This document shows positions 11,671-25,714 of a stretch of 64,000 bases of DNA, piece by piece. Origin of the DNA: Octopus sinensis (Eukaryota); assembly GCF_006345805.1 (NCBI RefSeq), contig NC_042997.1:52886001-52950000 (forward strand), written 5' to 3'. The translations under genes and the position numbers were made by a program. Positions within the stretch are counted from its first letter, which is position 1, and each line of letters starts with the position of its first letter. The notes beneath the pieces were generated by a model. The model worked only from the letters and a program-made list of their open reading frames with translations, ran no database searches and had not been told where the DNA came from.

Positions 11671-13224
11671 AAAAATGTAGAGTTATATGTCATACAAAAG
11701 TATTACATAAAATTAACGCTATCTCTATATCAATAATTTAGTTTAATCTACGAATTATTTATTAACAAAAGTGATAAAAGCAATTTGTAAAGAAGGAACA
11801 TTATGATAAAAAATAACACTTGTACGAAAATGTGTATAAAATATAGTTCATGCAACTAATCGATCAGATTATAAAGGCTGCATGACTTTTAATTTTAGTT
11901 TTATTACTTCATCGATAACTGTTATATCGTCCTATAGTTGCTTTGATTTCCACGTCACGTCTTTTCTCGTCTTGTACCTCATTGAATCTATCCTCACTAG
12001 ATCTTGCTCTTCCCTCACAAAACGTCGTCCCTCTGGAATTTCTTCCTTCCCCATGACTTTCTTGCAGTTTTCCATTTGCAACTATTTATAAGGAGTCGCC
12101 TTATTAACTGCGCCGACCTCACAAGTGTCGGAGTATGTACTATGACTGTGGGAATACCTCCTTCTACCAGACATATCAACGAAAATTAGGAAAAAAAAAC
12201 CGGTCGAATTTTTTGAGATATGAACCAGTTCAATAGTTGAATAAAAAAAAATAATGAGGGAATTACACGAAGCAGAAAATAAAGCATAAATCTGTTTATG
12301 TACCAAGTTGTAATACAATAACAAAATATCGTTGCGTGATAGTTTTTTCTCACTTTAACTGGTGTATATGATTGCGTAACAAATTGAATCTATAAATATC
12401 GTATATCTTAATGCAGAACTCTTGATATTAGTCTCATTTCGCTGCACAATATGTTACACTCAAGGAAACTAGCTATTAGTCTACATACAACTAGTACATT
12501 ACTAATGACTGATATGAAAGAAAAGGATAAAATTGACAAGAAAATGCGTCCGTCTGGCCATATGTGGATTATATTTAAATATATATGACTTAGTGACATA
12601 AATAACTTGTAAGAGATAGTACAAGCATCTGGGAAGGAAAATAATACAGAAACATTTCAATAACAAGGATAAAAGTTATAAAATGAATTATTGCTAGTCG
12701 AAAATACTTTATTCATAATCTACTTATCAAGAAATTAATTATAATTTAAGACTAAAACTAGTCTCTGTTTCATTGCAGATTCCAAATCTGCTTTTAAAAA
12801 TACTTGAAGATCAGTTTGATGAATGTCGTTTTTTTTTTTTCTTTTCTTTTTCTTTTCTTTCGTAATAGAACCTCAACGTATTCGTTGTCGAAGAGCTTTG
12901 CAAATGAAAAATATCCGTCTTGAAAGCCAACGGAATTTATGCTAACTTCAAATTAAGATCATTCCAGATTGGTGGTGTAAAGTTACAAAGTTTTATATTG
13001 ACCAACTCACACGCACTTTACACTTTACTGTTCCATCCGTAAGTGGAACAGTAAAAATATGCAAGATTTTCCTGAAGTTCAAGAAGTGATTTTTTTTATG
13101 TTGTTATTATCTAAAGTCCAGAGACTTTAGATAGAAAATGCTAGAAAATGCCACCTTCTTTATAATAAGAATCTAAATGATGATGATGATGATGATGATG
13201 ATGATACTAATAATAATAATAACT

Positions 13225-14286
13225 GTGTACTATCGAAATCGAGAGATTAATGAGATACCTAGCCCAAAGTAAGGAACGAGGGAGTATTGAAAGCAGAGAA
13301 AAAAGGAAAAACAAAGGAAGAAGTACAAAAAGGAGACGAAGAAGAATTACGCAATAAGAGACTACACGAGCAATTCCATGTAGCCACAACAGAAGTTGCT
13401 GGAAAAAATAGGTGGGATTGGCTGAAAAAAAGGAACACTAAAAAAAGAGACCGAGAGCACTATACTGGCAACGCAAGACCAAGCTTTGACCAACAACTGG
13501 AGGGTCAGCCTTTAGAATGAGCAAGTGTCTCCGCTGTGCCGCATCTGTTATAGAGTGGATGAAACAATTGCTTATATCATAAATGAATGCCATAGACTTA
13601 CCAAAACTACTACAAGTTGGGGTGGCATGATCAGGTAGCGAAAGTGCTACGTTGGAAATTGTGCAAAAAGTGGGGGCTAGAGAGAGGAAAGACATGACAT
13701 GAGGACAAACCACAGAGAGTGTCGGAGTCGGAGACTAGAAAAATCCTCTGGGATTTCCCAATCCAAACAGATCAAGTGCTAGAGTATAACAGACCGGAAA
13801 TAATGGTGGTGGACAAGATGCGTCACATGTGCTATATGGTTGATGTTGCATGCCCCTTTGAACCACAAATAGTCTCCACCATGTGCGCCCATGAGTGATC
13901 ACGAGTGCAACACTAAGTCATGCGAACTCATATACACACACACACGCACACAATCGTAAAAAAATAGATAAATACAACCCTCTTAAGTACGAAAAAGCCC
14001 AGCTATGGAAAATGAAGAAGATGAAGATAGTGCCAATTATTGTTGGGTCTTTGGGAACAGTATCAGAAGGCATCAAGAGGAATATGAAGGAAATTGGAAT
14101 AGAGTGCCCAGTAGAACTGTTACGAAATGTTTGCCTCTATGGAACGGTCAGAATAATCAGGAAAGTTTTAGATATTTAAAAAGAAAGGATAGCACGGTAT
14201 CGTAGGCTGCAGGTAGGAAGTCTGTTACGCATGCAAGACTCCAGGAGCTCCAACAAAACCTGTAATAAAAAGAAACAATAATAATA
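13225..14286 (+). mobile_element. R4/Dong-clade non-LTR retrotransposon 3' part (zinc knuckle + restriction-like endonuclease), pseudogenised
   Basis: Frameshifted translation: LHEQFH..WDWLKK..KETESTILATQDQAL..PLCRIC...ETIAYIINEC..WHDQVAK..ILWDFPIQTDQVLEYNRPEIMVVDK..CYMVDVACPFE..KIDKY..IVPIIVGSLG; flanked by (TAA)n; ~80-bp insertion at ~13875-13955. Confidence 0.85.
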
Positions 14287-14325
14287 CATACATACATACA
14301 TACATACCATACATACATACATACA

Positions 14326-14356
<31 letters not shown>

Positions 14357-15269
14357 GTAAATATCCACAGAACACGCGTGGTTATGGTTATTTTATTTAA
14401 TTTGAAGGTCTGCTACTTTTTAAAATAGTCGTTCATAAAAAGAACATGCCCTGTTCTTTTTCACTCCGGAGACATAGGACGTAACATCAGAGTGACATGA
14501 AAAAAGAAAAAGAGAAACAAAGAATATATTTTCATAGGTTCGACATATTTGTAAATACAGAAGAGGGTGCTGTTTGTTCATACCAAACCGAAAGCAGGCA
14601 AGGTGATCGTCTGCTTACATCTGAAGCAGATATAGATTGAAAAGAGGGCAAGAAAAACGACAAATATTTGTTTTTTAAATGAATGTTAAAAAAACTTGCT
14701 GCCTACTTGTTTTCTAAAATCTATTCGCAATCTTGTGCTAACATTGGCGATGATGTCGTCAACATTCTGCGGCTTCCAAAGGTCTTTGATCCTAAACACA
14801 AGCTGATTGGGTTACATTCTAAACCTCACACCCTTTAAACTGAGTGTGGGTAACAGGAAATACATATCCTATAGATAGTAACACGCGCGCGCAACGCGCA
14901 TTCACAAACATCCTGATATACAATCTTTCCTCAATAAGGTCATATATACATTCTCGTTTTTAAACACACAAACACAACTCCACGCAAACTAACACAAACA
15001 CACACATACAACCCACACACACACACACTCACACACACCCCACACAGAATAGAGGAAATAAGAATATCTTCCTTTTAATCTTAAAAATTTATTTTCAAGT
15101 ATATATCTAAATGCAGATGTATACTTGATGAGGAATACACACACACATGCACGTAAAGACGCACATATTTTATGATTTTACTTACGCATAGCTGTACTAA
15201 TAACTAGTTGTTAGAACCCAATGTACATATGCTTTAGAGTAAAACATTATGCGAGTACAGGGCGTAATA

Positions 15270-15432
15270 CTAGTTTCAAAGTTTGGCAGCAAGACCAGCA
15301 ATTTTACTTATTTTATCGACTCCAAAAGGATGAAAGGCAAAACAGTATTTGAACGCAGAACGTAAAGTCGAAGGAAATGTTGTCAAACATTTCCTCCGGT
15401 GCGGTAACGATTCTTCCAGCTCACCGACTTTA
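15270..15432 (-). mobile_element. Degenerate SINE family B
   Basis: ACTTATTTTATCGAC..AAAGGATGAAAGGCAAA..TTTGAAC..AACGATTC..CCAGCTCACCG. Confidence 0.65.
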
Positions 15433-16429
15433 CAGAGCGTAATATCGATTAACGAATGACAGGGAAACAGTAGTCACGCAATCAACTTCATTAGCTTACA
15501 GCTGTATCGGCTATAAGAAGCATTGTACTCAGAGGTGAGTGTTTGTGTAACAACCTATAGCTTCCTCGGAGCCATTAAAAATGAAGCCAATGTTCATTTC
15601 GGAAAGTATTTAAAGACATAGAAATTATTATATTCGGAGTCATGCATTTGGTCCAGTGGCTTTCAGGGATAAGTTAAATAATCTTAGTAAAAATATGGAA
15701 ATTACAATGCTTAATCATATTCTTATAAAAATGAACTGTAATTATATTCTTCTTTTCCTGTCAATCTTGTAAAGTATCTTTTTGCATGCAAAGTTCGTTA
15801 TAAAAACTGCAAAAACATCTCACTTGGTTGATTTATCACAACTTGGTTGTTATTTGATTGTTTTATCATAAATCTAGTAATACTGTATTTTCGATCTAAA
15901 AATGATTATCCATTTCTGAAACTTTGGAACTAAAGTGATTAAATAATTTTTTTTTCTTTTATTTCACTTACTGTCAAAATACGCGCACCTAAGAAAGAAC
16001 TGAAATGAAATCTGTAAAACAGATTTCTTTTCAAAGCATTACTAAATAACATATCCAACTGTTTTCACACATTTCCTTTGCTGTCACTCTCCGCTTCGCT
16101 TCTGTTTGTCTATCAGTCAGTGTAACTGTCTCTTTGTCCTGTGAATTTATTTTCAAGTTATTTTATTCATCACTTTAGTCAGGTGACTTGTCTTGTCAAT
16201 AAGTATACCAGAAAGAAACATCGTAAAGTTTCATTAAGCGCTATTCAATAGCCCAGAAGACTCGATTGTCCAATACTTTTTGTTACGCTTCACTAAGTTT
16301 TTTTTTCTAAGAGCCATCACTGACCGATGGTGTTACTCCGTCATTGTTTACATCTAAATTCAAAAGAACAGTGGCTAGCACCTAAGTGTTTTGTATTAGC
16401 CTTTATCCATTTAAACATTGCCCATCTTA

Positions 16430-16960
16430 TCCATTAGTGAAAATGTCTTCCAATGTTAATGAGTAACGAATCTGAGAAGCGTACGAAACGAAAGCCTGCA
16501 CCCGGAAATTGAAATAATATAAGACTGAAAAGAAGTGAAAACCAGAACGCTATTGTGCGTGAATATCGTACTGGATCTTCAACAATTTATAACATTAAGA
16601 AACGAGGACAGTTTAATGCGGTGTATGGCCGATTCAGAGACAAATAACAGTGTTAATATGTGTAAAACTTTAGCGGGAGCAAAAGTAAACGATCGAAATT
16701 TTGAGGACTAGATGTAGTGTTATTCAAGTGATTTCCTGCAAAATGATCCGAGGTATGCCGATTTTAAGACCAATGTTCATTAAAAACTCCTTACAACGGT
16801 ATGAGTGTCACAAAGACTTGTGAGTTCACTGCTGGGCGGTATAGAATTTTTTTAAATGTGGCATGGAATTCGTAAACTTAATTTGTATGAGCTAAAGAAT
16901 TTTTCAGATATTGAGATTCTTGAAAAATAGTTACATATTTGATGACTTGATTATAATAAT
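16430..16960 (+). mobile_element. Tigger/pogo-family transposase N-terminal relic (HTH_psq + CENP-B-type HTH)
   Basis: Frameshifted KLEII.RLKRSENQNAIVREYRTGSSTIYNIKK...LDVVLFK*F...GMPILRPM...CEFTAG....WHGIRKL. Confidence 0.7.
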
Positions 16961-18885
16961 AATTTTTTTTTTAGTCCCGTTACACTGGTATATTTGAAAA
17001 TCCGATCTACCCACGTCTCAAAGAGTAAATCTGTACAAAATGTTGTCTTTAACGTTGAAGAAAATCAAGTTTCTTTAGATGCAACATAAAATTAATAGCA
17101 AAAGTAACATGTGTTGAAGATGTGTGGAGCAGTTACAAATATGAATTAAATAATAAGTTGAAAGCAATTTTGAAATTTTCTTTCTGTTTAGCAATATAGT
17201 GGCAATACAAACGTAATGAAATCACAAAATTAATTTTAAAGTACGAGTGTTGATTTTCTCAGTATGGCGACAAATTGTACAAAGATAATCACTTATGAAA
17301 CAAATATTTTACTGAATAGGGTAATGATATAAACACAATTATGGAAAAAATTGTTGTTACAGCTAATATGCGAATTCCAAATCAACAGAAATGTGACTGC
17401 CTATCACCACAAAATTACTCTCAGAATGGCCTTACCATAAGCAGAGATTTGCATTAAGCATTCCACAGAAAGAAAAAAAAATTGATAAATGGAATTACAA
17501 TTAACACGTTTTTACTTTAGCGCCAAAGTTTGCCAACATTTTCCCAGAAAGGATATTGAATAGTACAGCACAACATTCCCTTTACAATTTATACATATAT
17601 AATAATATATGTTCAGATTTTAGTAAATGTACACCATGCAATGGCGTTTATAGAAACGTGCTTATATAGCTAACAGAAGGAATTAAATACACAAATGTTT
17701 ACGATGTGCGTGTAATGCTATGGGTGTACTTAAACCCATTGATACATCTACAGCCACATATGCATGCCTGCTTGCACGTGCCTGTATAATTATTTTGGAT
17801 GAGTGAATAACGATATTTGCTCAAATTTGTCAGGAGGGACATATATTTGTATGTCTCATTTAGAGGCTAAGAATAATGAAGCAAAATAAAACCGAAATAT
17901 GAGAATAAATAGATGAATAACATAGGGAAATGGCGTCTATTAGTAAAAGCTGGAGTCGTTGTCGGATTATAAGCTGTCCTGATGTGATCAAATTGTTCAG
18001 CTACAAGAACAAACTATCTGATTGAATTACCGTTGTCTCGTATCGACATTGAACCTTATCCGGCCGTTCAACTAAGCATTAATTCATGCATGGCTGGCCA
18101 CAATGGATTAGTGTAAACAGCGACTTTTGGCATTCTGGCCTGAGGATAGTAGACAATACCATTGTATTTAAAGTCGCCAATTAACTAATAAATTGAAATT
18201 TAATTCTAGCGTTCATTTCTGTGAAAATTCGATTTGATGTAAAATGTAAATTATTACAGTTGTTTCTAGTTTTTGTATTCAATTTCATTGAATTGATTTC
18301 TATTTGCAGCTTATTTCTAGTTTCCATTTGAAACATTCGTAGAAGTTACAACTACTGACAAGGACGACGACAGTGACAAAGAGATGATGTATCAAGTATT
18401 GATTAACGCAATCGCAAAATCCTAAATTTTGGATTTAAAAGTATTATTCTTCTATTTTTTTTTATTACCTTCGTGTAATTGGAATGCGGCCATTCTGAGA
18501 GCATCGCCATCAACAGTTTTAGTCGATTTTGTAGACCCACATTAATTTCTTTGATATTCATTGCATTTACGAAAAGGATTATCAGACTGGGATATAGCGA
18601 AAAGAAAAATACTACAATTTATTTATGCACGAAATACAGATTTCAACAGCGATACCACATCGATGTGTGTGTGTGTGTGTGTGCACATGTGTGCATGTCT
18701 CTCTCCTTCTCTATCTCTCTCTCTCTCTCTCTATATATTATATATATATATATCTATATATATATATATATATATATATATTACTTGTTTCAGTCATTTG
18801 ACTGCGGCCATGCTGGAGCACCGCCTGATATATATATAATATATATATATATTATATATATATATATTATATATATATATATATG

Positions 18886-20010
18886 TAGCGGGTGGAGAAA
18901 ATGATGGAAACACCTTAAAATTTCAAACAAATTTATTTTAATATGGAGTAGGACCGCATTTGGCAATAATTACTTCTACGAGGTATGGACTCGTACAAAG
19001 TTTGAATTGTTTCCAAAGAAATTTTTGTCCATTCTTCAGCTGAAACAGTCTCCAGTTCTTGTAGTGATGATGGTGAAGGATATGGACTCCTTATTTGTTT
19101 TTCTAAAATGCACCATAAATGTTCAATAATATTGAGTTCTGGGGACTGTGGTGGCCAGATAAGATGTTCAACTTCACTAGAATGTTCCCCGAGCCATTCA
19201 GTAACAACTTTAGCTGTGTGAATTGGTGCATTATCATCCTGAATGATTGCGTTACCCTCCGGATACAGTTCTGCAACTACAGGATGAATTTGTTAAGATA
19301 AAATGCTTAAATAGTCTTGTCTATTAATTCTGCCATGAAGGGAAATCATTGGGCCAGCGGATTTACAAGATGTAGCCCCCCCTCCCGATCATCACAGTTC
19401 CTCCTCCATGTTTAACAGTTGGAAGAAAGCAGTCTGGGTCAAATACTTCTTTTGGCTGGTGGTCGGAAATAAGGTAAATGATGACTCGTCTGAGAAAATA
19501 ACATTCTTCCACTACTCTACGGACCAATTCTATAGGTTTTACTCCACTCTAAACGCTCTGCAACGTTTGTTTTTGAAAGTAGTGGTTTTCTGATTGCAGC
19601 CCTCCCGTGAAATCCGGCTTTGTGCAGATCCCGGCGAACAGTTTTTGGTGGTCATTAAGCTCTGCAGTAATTTGGGGAGCTGTACTTTGGTGATCTTTTC
19701 TAACAATTCACGTAAGAGTCCAACGGTGTTTATCTGAAAGTTTTGGTTTTCTTCCGGAGTTTCGTTTCGATGAGGAGGTTTTTTTCTCCTCTTTCTCTAC
19801 TTTCGAGACAGTACTTCTTGATACATCAAACATTTCGGGTGTTTTCGTTATGCTAGCGCCTGCCATACGAGCACCAACAATTTGACATCTTTGAAAGTCC
19901 AACAGACCTGTCATTTTAAGGAATTTTAATTACCTTTTTCTGATAATATCTGAAAAGAAACAACAATTTTAGCAAAGCATATTAAGCAACACTAATTATA
20001 AATAAAAAAA
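18886..20010 (-). mobile_element. Tc1-family DNA transposon (DD34E transposase pseudogene at ~18950-19914)
   Basis: N-terminal HTH FQRCQIVGARMAGASI..SRSTVSKV..SGRKPKLS; PTVKHGGG; catalytic QDDNAPIH and WPPQSPELNIIEHLW; one TIR-like end beside (TA)n at ~18886. Confidence 0.9.
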
Positions 20011-20211
20011 CATAAAAAATTCAGAAGTCTACTCTGTTGGAAACAGCAAGGATGGTAAAAAAAAAAGATCCACGATATCTAATGAAACTGGTTGTGACCA
20101 GATAGTAAGCACATTGATTCTGAATATACGAGAGTAACTAAATTTGTTTAGTAGATTAATTCCACTAAACATGAATTAAAATTTAAAGTATGTAACAGTA
20201 TACTACAGATT

Positions 20212-20567
20212 GTGGAGGCGCAATGGCCCAGGGGTTAGGGCAGCGAACTCGCAGTCGTAGGATCGCGGTTTCGATTCCCAGACCGGGCCTTGTGAGTGTT
20301 TATTGAGCGAAAATACCTATAGCTCCACGAGGCTCCGGCAGGGATGGTGGTGATTTCTCTCACTCTTACTTCCTGTTTCTGTTGTACCTGTATTTCAAAG
20401 GGCCGGCCTTGTCACTCTCTGTGTCACGCTGAATATCCCCGAGAACTACGTTAAGGGTACACGTGTCTGTGGAGTGCTCAGCCACTTACACGTTAATTTC
20501 ACGAGCAGGCTGTTCCGTTGATCGGATCAACCGGAACCCTCGTCGTCGTAACCGACGGAGAGCTTCC
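20212..20567 (+). mobile_element. tRNA-derived SINE family C, full length with TSD
   Basis: Head GGAGGCGCAATGGCCCAG.GGTTAG...GTTTCGATTCCC (A/B boxes); 12-bp TSD ATACTACAGATT at 20200-20211 and 20568-20579. Confidence 0.9.
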
Positions 20568-21018
20568 ATACTACAGATTACAGATATTTATTATATCGCT
20601 CCCGACCCAGAACATATTGGGAGAAAAAAGCTGATTCAGATAAGAAAATAACTTTAAAATGATAAAGTTTCTGACTTGATTCTTTGTCATGTATTTCCAA
20701 CAATTGTTGTAATGTTTGGATATTTCAAAGTATCAACATGATTGCAAAATCGATCCATGGTTATAGATTAACTTACTCATATAATCAGCCGGTTGGCTTT
20801 AAGGCTGAAAAAAATTCTGATTTTGTTTTGTTTTATTTTGTTTTTCAGGGTGTTAAACAAAACCGGATTTACAACATATCGATTTCCAGGTGATTTCAAA
20901 AGGTTAAAACTATGTGAAGCTTAAAACTTATTCAAATTATATAATCATAAGAACAAAAGAATAAAAAGTGTAAATAATATAATTTCAACGTAGATTATTT
21001 TCTAAATGTACTAACTTT

Positions 21019-21739
21019 GGATCTATTCCATCTCAATCATAGATTTTTAAAATTAATTTTCCGGGTCATCTCTACTAAATGTCACCACTCTGTTCTATTC
21101 GTACGGCGTGAGAAGATGATGTCACCTTTATCCTTTCTTCCTTTCTAGTCAACACCGTGCATTCCTTACTCTATCCCTCCCTTCTACACTATCAACTAGC
21201 AACTGCCACTACAATTACCGTATTTTCCGGTGTATAAGCCGCTATTTGTTTTGTTTTACCTTCATGTTTTGATAATGTTATTTTTATCTAAAGACTTTTA
21301 TATTGACGAAATGTGTTTGTTGTTGATTATAGGAAGATAAAATCATGACAATAGCAATACATCTCATAGTTGTAAAATAAGGCATTTCGAAGCTACATAT
21401 ACGTCAACTACAAAAAAGCTAGCTGCGGACTCGTTGCTCTATGGTGTTGATTCTTCGATCAGAGTGGTGACATTTAGTAGAGATGACCCGGAAGTTGTTC
21501 CTCTTCGATTACTATCGTACACAGCAGTAGCTTTCTTCAACCTAATACATGTCGTTGATTGGTTGAAATTACCCAAATACGACAACTTTAACACGAAATA
21601 ACTTCTAGAATACGAAATGTTGTCAAAAACGTTCAGAGTAAACCGTCTTCCACGTGAAAATTTCTACCAATATTCGAAGTTTCAAACTGTTTAGTTAGAA
21701 AAATTAATTGAAAATCTGTGGTTGAGATGGAATAGATCC
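21019..21739. mobile_element. GGATC-terminated MITE with 8-bp TSD, containing a nested inverted-repeat element
   Basis: TIR GGATCTATTCCATCTCAA / TTGAGATGGAATAGATCC; TSD CTAACTTT on both sides; internal motif TTCTACCA.TAT.CGAAGTTTCAAA.TGTTTAGTTA shared with 45703-46117. Confidence 0.85.
21059..21493. mobile_element. Nested element bounded by a perfect ~33-bp inverted repeat
   Basis: TTCCGGGTCATCTCTACTAAATGTCACCACTCTG ... CAGAGTGGTGACATTTAGTAGAGATGACCCGGAA. Confidence 0.75.
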
Positions 21740-22219
21740 CTAACTTTTACCGAAATACTAGTAAAGTTGATAGACGAACAATAATATTCTCACCTTAATA
21801 CTCCATAAGCATCCACGAAGAGATGAATTGAGTTAATAATGAAAGTGTAAACTTTAACATACAAAACCACCGCTGATCTCATTTTATTGAAATTACATCC
21901 AAATATAAATGGAGTGTTAGCGATTAATATATTAGTATAAAATCTGAAAAAGAGGTAACTGGTGATAGTCTGTGTTAGTGACAATCATTCCATTGGAGAG
22001 TTTGTAGAAAGATGTGATAACTTCGGTTGCCGAGAAAAGTAAGGAAATTGACGTTTCGGTTTCTTGCTCTTTGACTGAGAGCAAGGAAAAGAAAGTGGCA
22101 ATGTCATTTTGGTTGAAGTCAGTGAATGATAAAGAGAGAAAAAGGTAATGTTATTTACTTAAGTTCACTAATGTCTGACAACAGCCTGATGGCCAGAATA
22201 ATACAAAGAACCAAATAGT

Positions 22220-22427
22220 CTTTTTACTATAAGCACAAGGCTTGAAAATCTGAAGGAGGGAATTGGTTGGTCACATCGACTCTAGTGCTTGGCTGGTACT
22301 TATTTTGTCGTCCTTAAAGGATGAAAGGCAAAATCGACCTCGGCGGCATTTGAACACAGAACGTAATGTCGGAAGAAATGCCACAAGTATTTTCTTCTGG
22401 CGTGCTAACGATTCTACTAGTTCGCTG
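22220..22427 (-). mobile_element. Degenerate SINE family B
   Basis: CTGGTACTTATTTT..AAAGGATGAAAGGCAAAATCGACCTCGGCGG..TTTGAAC..CGTGCTAACGATTC. Confidence 0.75.
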
Positions 22428-22610
22428 AATTACGAGGTACAGAGTATTAATTGATTCTAATACGTGGTTCCTCACGTTTATAAATGCACATTATTATTTT
22501 GGCAACCTGGAACCAAAAGGAGAAAGGAGAAAGGAGGGAAAAAAGTTGTCTATACATGAGTGTATATGTGTGTGCGTTTGTCTGTTTGTGAGTATGTGAG
22601 CGCGTGCGTA

Positions 22611-22698
<88 letters not shown>

Positions 22699-24777
22699 TG
22701 TATATGTGTGCTTGTAAATAACTTTCAAAATATTGTCCTCATCGTTTGTTTACCTAAAATTATGCGCCGAACAGACACTGATGATAGTTAAATGCGTGAC
22801 TTCATGAAGATTACTTAGTAACACCATCAGTGAAAGTTGCAGATACATACCCAATAACAAGATCTGAACATATGCCACCGACTTTCTTAACCACATTTCC
22901 TTTGTTCTTTGTTACCCTTATCTTCTTTTTCAACAAAGCTAACCGCTTTCCACTTTGTGATAAACTTAGGGCAAATGTTTGCATATTATTTATATGAAGT
23001 GAATAGAATTGCTGTGTTAACTCAATGGAGCATGAACAGACACTGTCGCAATTCTCACACAAACTCCTAATTTTATTCCGATTTTAAACTCCTCACAATT
23101 TTCTCTACTTTACGAGTTTTAAATTTCATCCTTTCTTTTCAAATTTTATTACAATTATGTAATAATAAATTTCATATAATAATAGATTTTATATAAATAA
23201 TAAAATTTTATAGTTTTAACATTTTTCGGTGTCTTTGTTGACATATATCAACGTCAGAGTTAGTTATTTGCTGGGAAAGCTTTTAACGAGCGGTTGTTGA
23301 GATCTTTTCCCAAGTATCTCTTTCGCTACTAACAGATGTTTGCTGGTCTGTGAAGTCTACGATTGCTAGACCTACTATATGAAGGTGGTTAACGTCCTTT
23401 GGGCATGTGTTCTATTTTTGATACAAAATTGCTGTCAACGAACTGTTGATTTTTATATGTTCTCAGTCATTGCTTTATTTGTAACAAAATCTAGATTGGC
23501 TAGGTTCTATTCTTCTTTGGTTTGTGCTGTATATTTCAGCGCTTAATCAAATGATTATTCAAATAAAGCGCTATTGCTAACGTTATGTCAGCATCTTAAA
23601 CTAGTGGCTTACTAGTCTCTAGTCTCGAAACAACACTTTGAATATAATTTCTTGATATCTGTGACTATTTTGGATAAAATATTGCATGAAAGTGAGCTCC
23701 TTCATACTATCCAACGCATTAATAGTCTCTGAAACTAACGCAGGTAAAGTATTTAGAAAAGTTCTCCAATCTTGCGGTATCTCGTCAATCTTTTTTATGC
23801 TGAGCAGAAAATATACGTTCATTTCAGTATATATTTGCTTCTAAATATTTTTGTGTTGATTTATTCATGACAGGTGACTTACTCGTCTTTCAAACTAGTG
23901 ATGTCTACTTTCTTTCTTAAATTAGCAGAGAAGAAAGAGGATTACGAGGAAACTGAACTTTTCGGACCATCTCTCCAAATCCACCTTACATTTGAATCGT
24001 AAATATGCCATCTTTTGCTTTCGCTTCAGATTGATTTTACTGGTTGCCCGATTTATTGTTATTCTAACATTACGTGATGCAGCAGCTTTAAAGTTTATGC
24101 CTGCTTTCTCAATCAGTATTCCTGGCCTTTTGAATACTTGTTTACTTCCATACACTTCTTCGTATATTATTGATTAATTAAGTTGCTTAACATAATAATA
24201 TGCTTCTTTAGATATATTTAATTTCTTTCCATAATCAGTTTGCGTATGATATTCGGTAGCATCACTTACACAAATTTTCTTATATTTTTGATGTTTTTAT
24301 TGTTGTTTCTTCGAAGGATGAAACAATGTTTGCCAAGAAGATCCTGAGTTAGTCTTATCTACTTAAAATTTTGAGCTTATTCTTTTACAGGAATAAATTA
24401 GTCGGTTAATTCATTCTATGTAAAAGAAAAAGCGAAATTGAAGCGAATCAGAAGCACGCCACGAGTTGCTATCACGATAATCTCAAAAGTTACAAATTTT
24501 ACCTAACCACATGAGATCGAGCGACTGACCAACTTCTTAGAACCAAACTACCTATGGCCAGTTTTTACCTCTCATGGAATCCTAAGTGTAGAATTGAAAC
24601 GTGGTCATATTCAAATTTTATAAACTGTTTGTTGCAACAAGAAAAAAAAAGAAGCTTGTTAATTAATCTGAATTGCTCTTACCTCCTTATAGACCAACAG
24701 TCAATAGGAAATGGGCATGCATGGACATTCCTAAATTATGTATCGAGGAAAATGGACAGTTTTCGTTATCCTTAATA

Positions 24778-24930
24778 ATTATCATCAGAATGAGGGTAGG
24801 CTATTGTGCTTTATGTTAGCTTGGGGTAATTATCCTCAGTGTACGTGTAGGCTATTATGTTATGTATTAGTCAAGGCTGATTATCATCATAATAAGGGTA
24901 TGCTATTCTGGTATCTATTAGCTAAGGATG
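24778..24930. repeat. Three diverged copies of a 51-bp minisatellite
   Basis: Unit ATTATCMTCA...GTAKGCTATT..G.T.T.T.TTAG repeated with a 51-bp period. Confidence 0.7.
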
Positions 24931-25714
24931 AATGAGCATTAAAGTAATGGAAGTCATTCCTTATGAGTAAGAGTATTGTCAGTGCTAGAAAATGGATTGA
25001 AAGAACACCAGAATGTTAGTTTCACTTAGGTATGTTATGTATGCTTCTTTATATATGTTTCGTGAAACATAGCGGAAAGGGCGTGAAGTATGTTGATCGG
25101 ATGTCGATCTGAGAGAATTGGATGGATTTGGTGTATGTATACAGTTATATCATATATTTGCCTACTAATATATGTGTCTGTGTGGGTTTTGAATACTTGC
25201 CTATTTGTGTGTATGTATATACAAAACGTATAAATGCGTGCTTATAAGGTATGCACACTACATAATGAGATTCCCTCTCGAATGTTCTGTCAAACTGCAC
25301 CCTAAAGTGACAAACACTATTACGCATGAATACTGAAATTGATTTTCTTAATGTTCATTCACCCTTTACTAATGTCTTAACGAAATAGGCCTAGTTTATA
25401 TAATAAAGAAAATTTGCATTAACCGTGATTCGAAACCGGAATCCGGGTTCTTAACGATATCACTATGGAGTGATGTCGTCAGATTAGTGAGATTTCATTA
25501 TGTAAGAAGTCAAATATTTGTTTATATTTAAATATCCTTTTGTAACCATACTACAAGACAATATATTTTTAGGGAGTGAAGAGTTATTATTTTTTTAAAT
25601 CGACGTCAATGCTATGCTAGTACTGCTAATACTCATTTTAAATATCCTTGAAAGATAAAAAATTATAACTGGACATTACAGTATATTATTATATGCATTT
25701 TATGAACGGCATAC

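Noticed and set aside
22811-24330. Possible ancient retroelement relic on the minus strand
   Set aside because: Many stops and no diagnostic motif recoverable without a profile search
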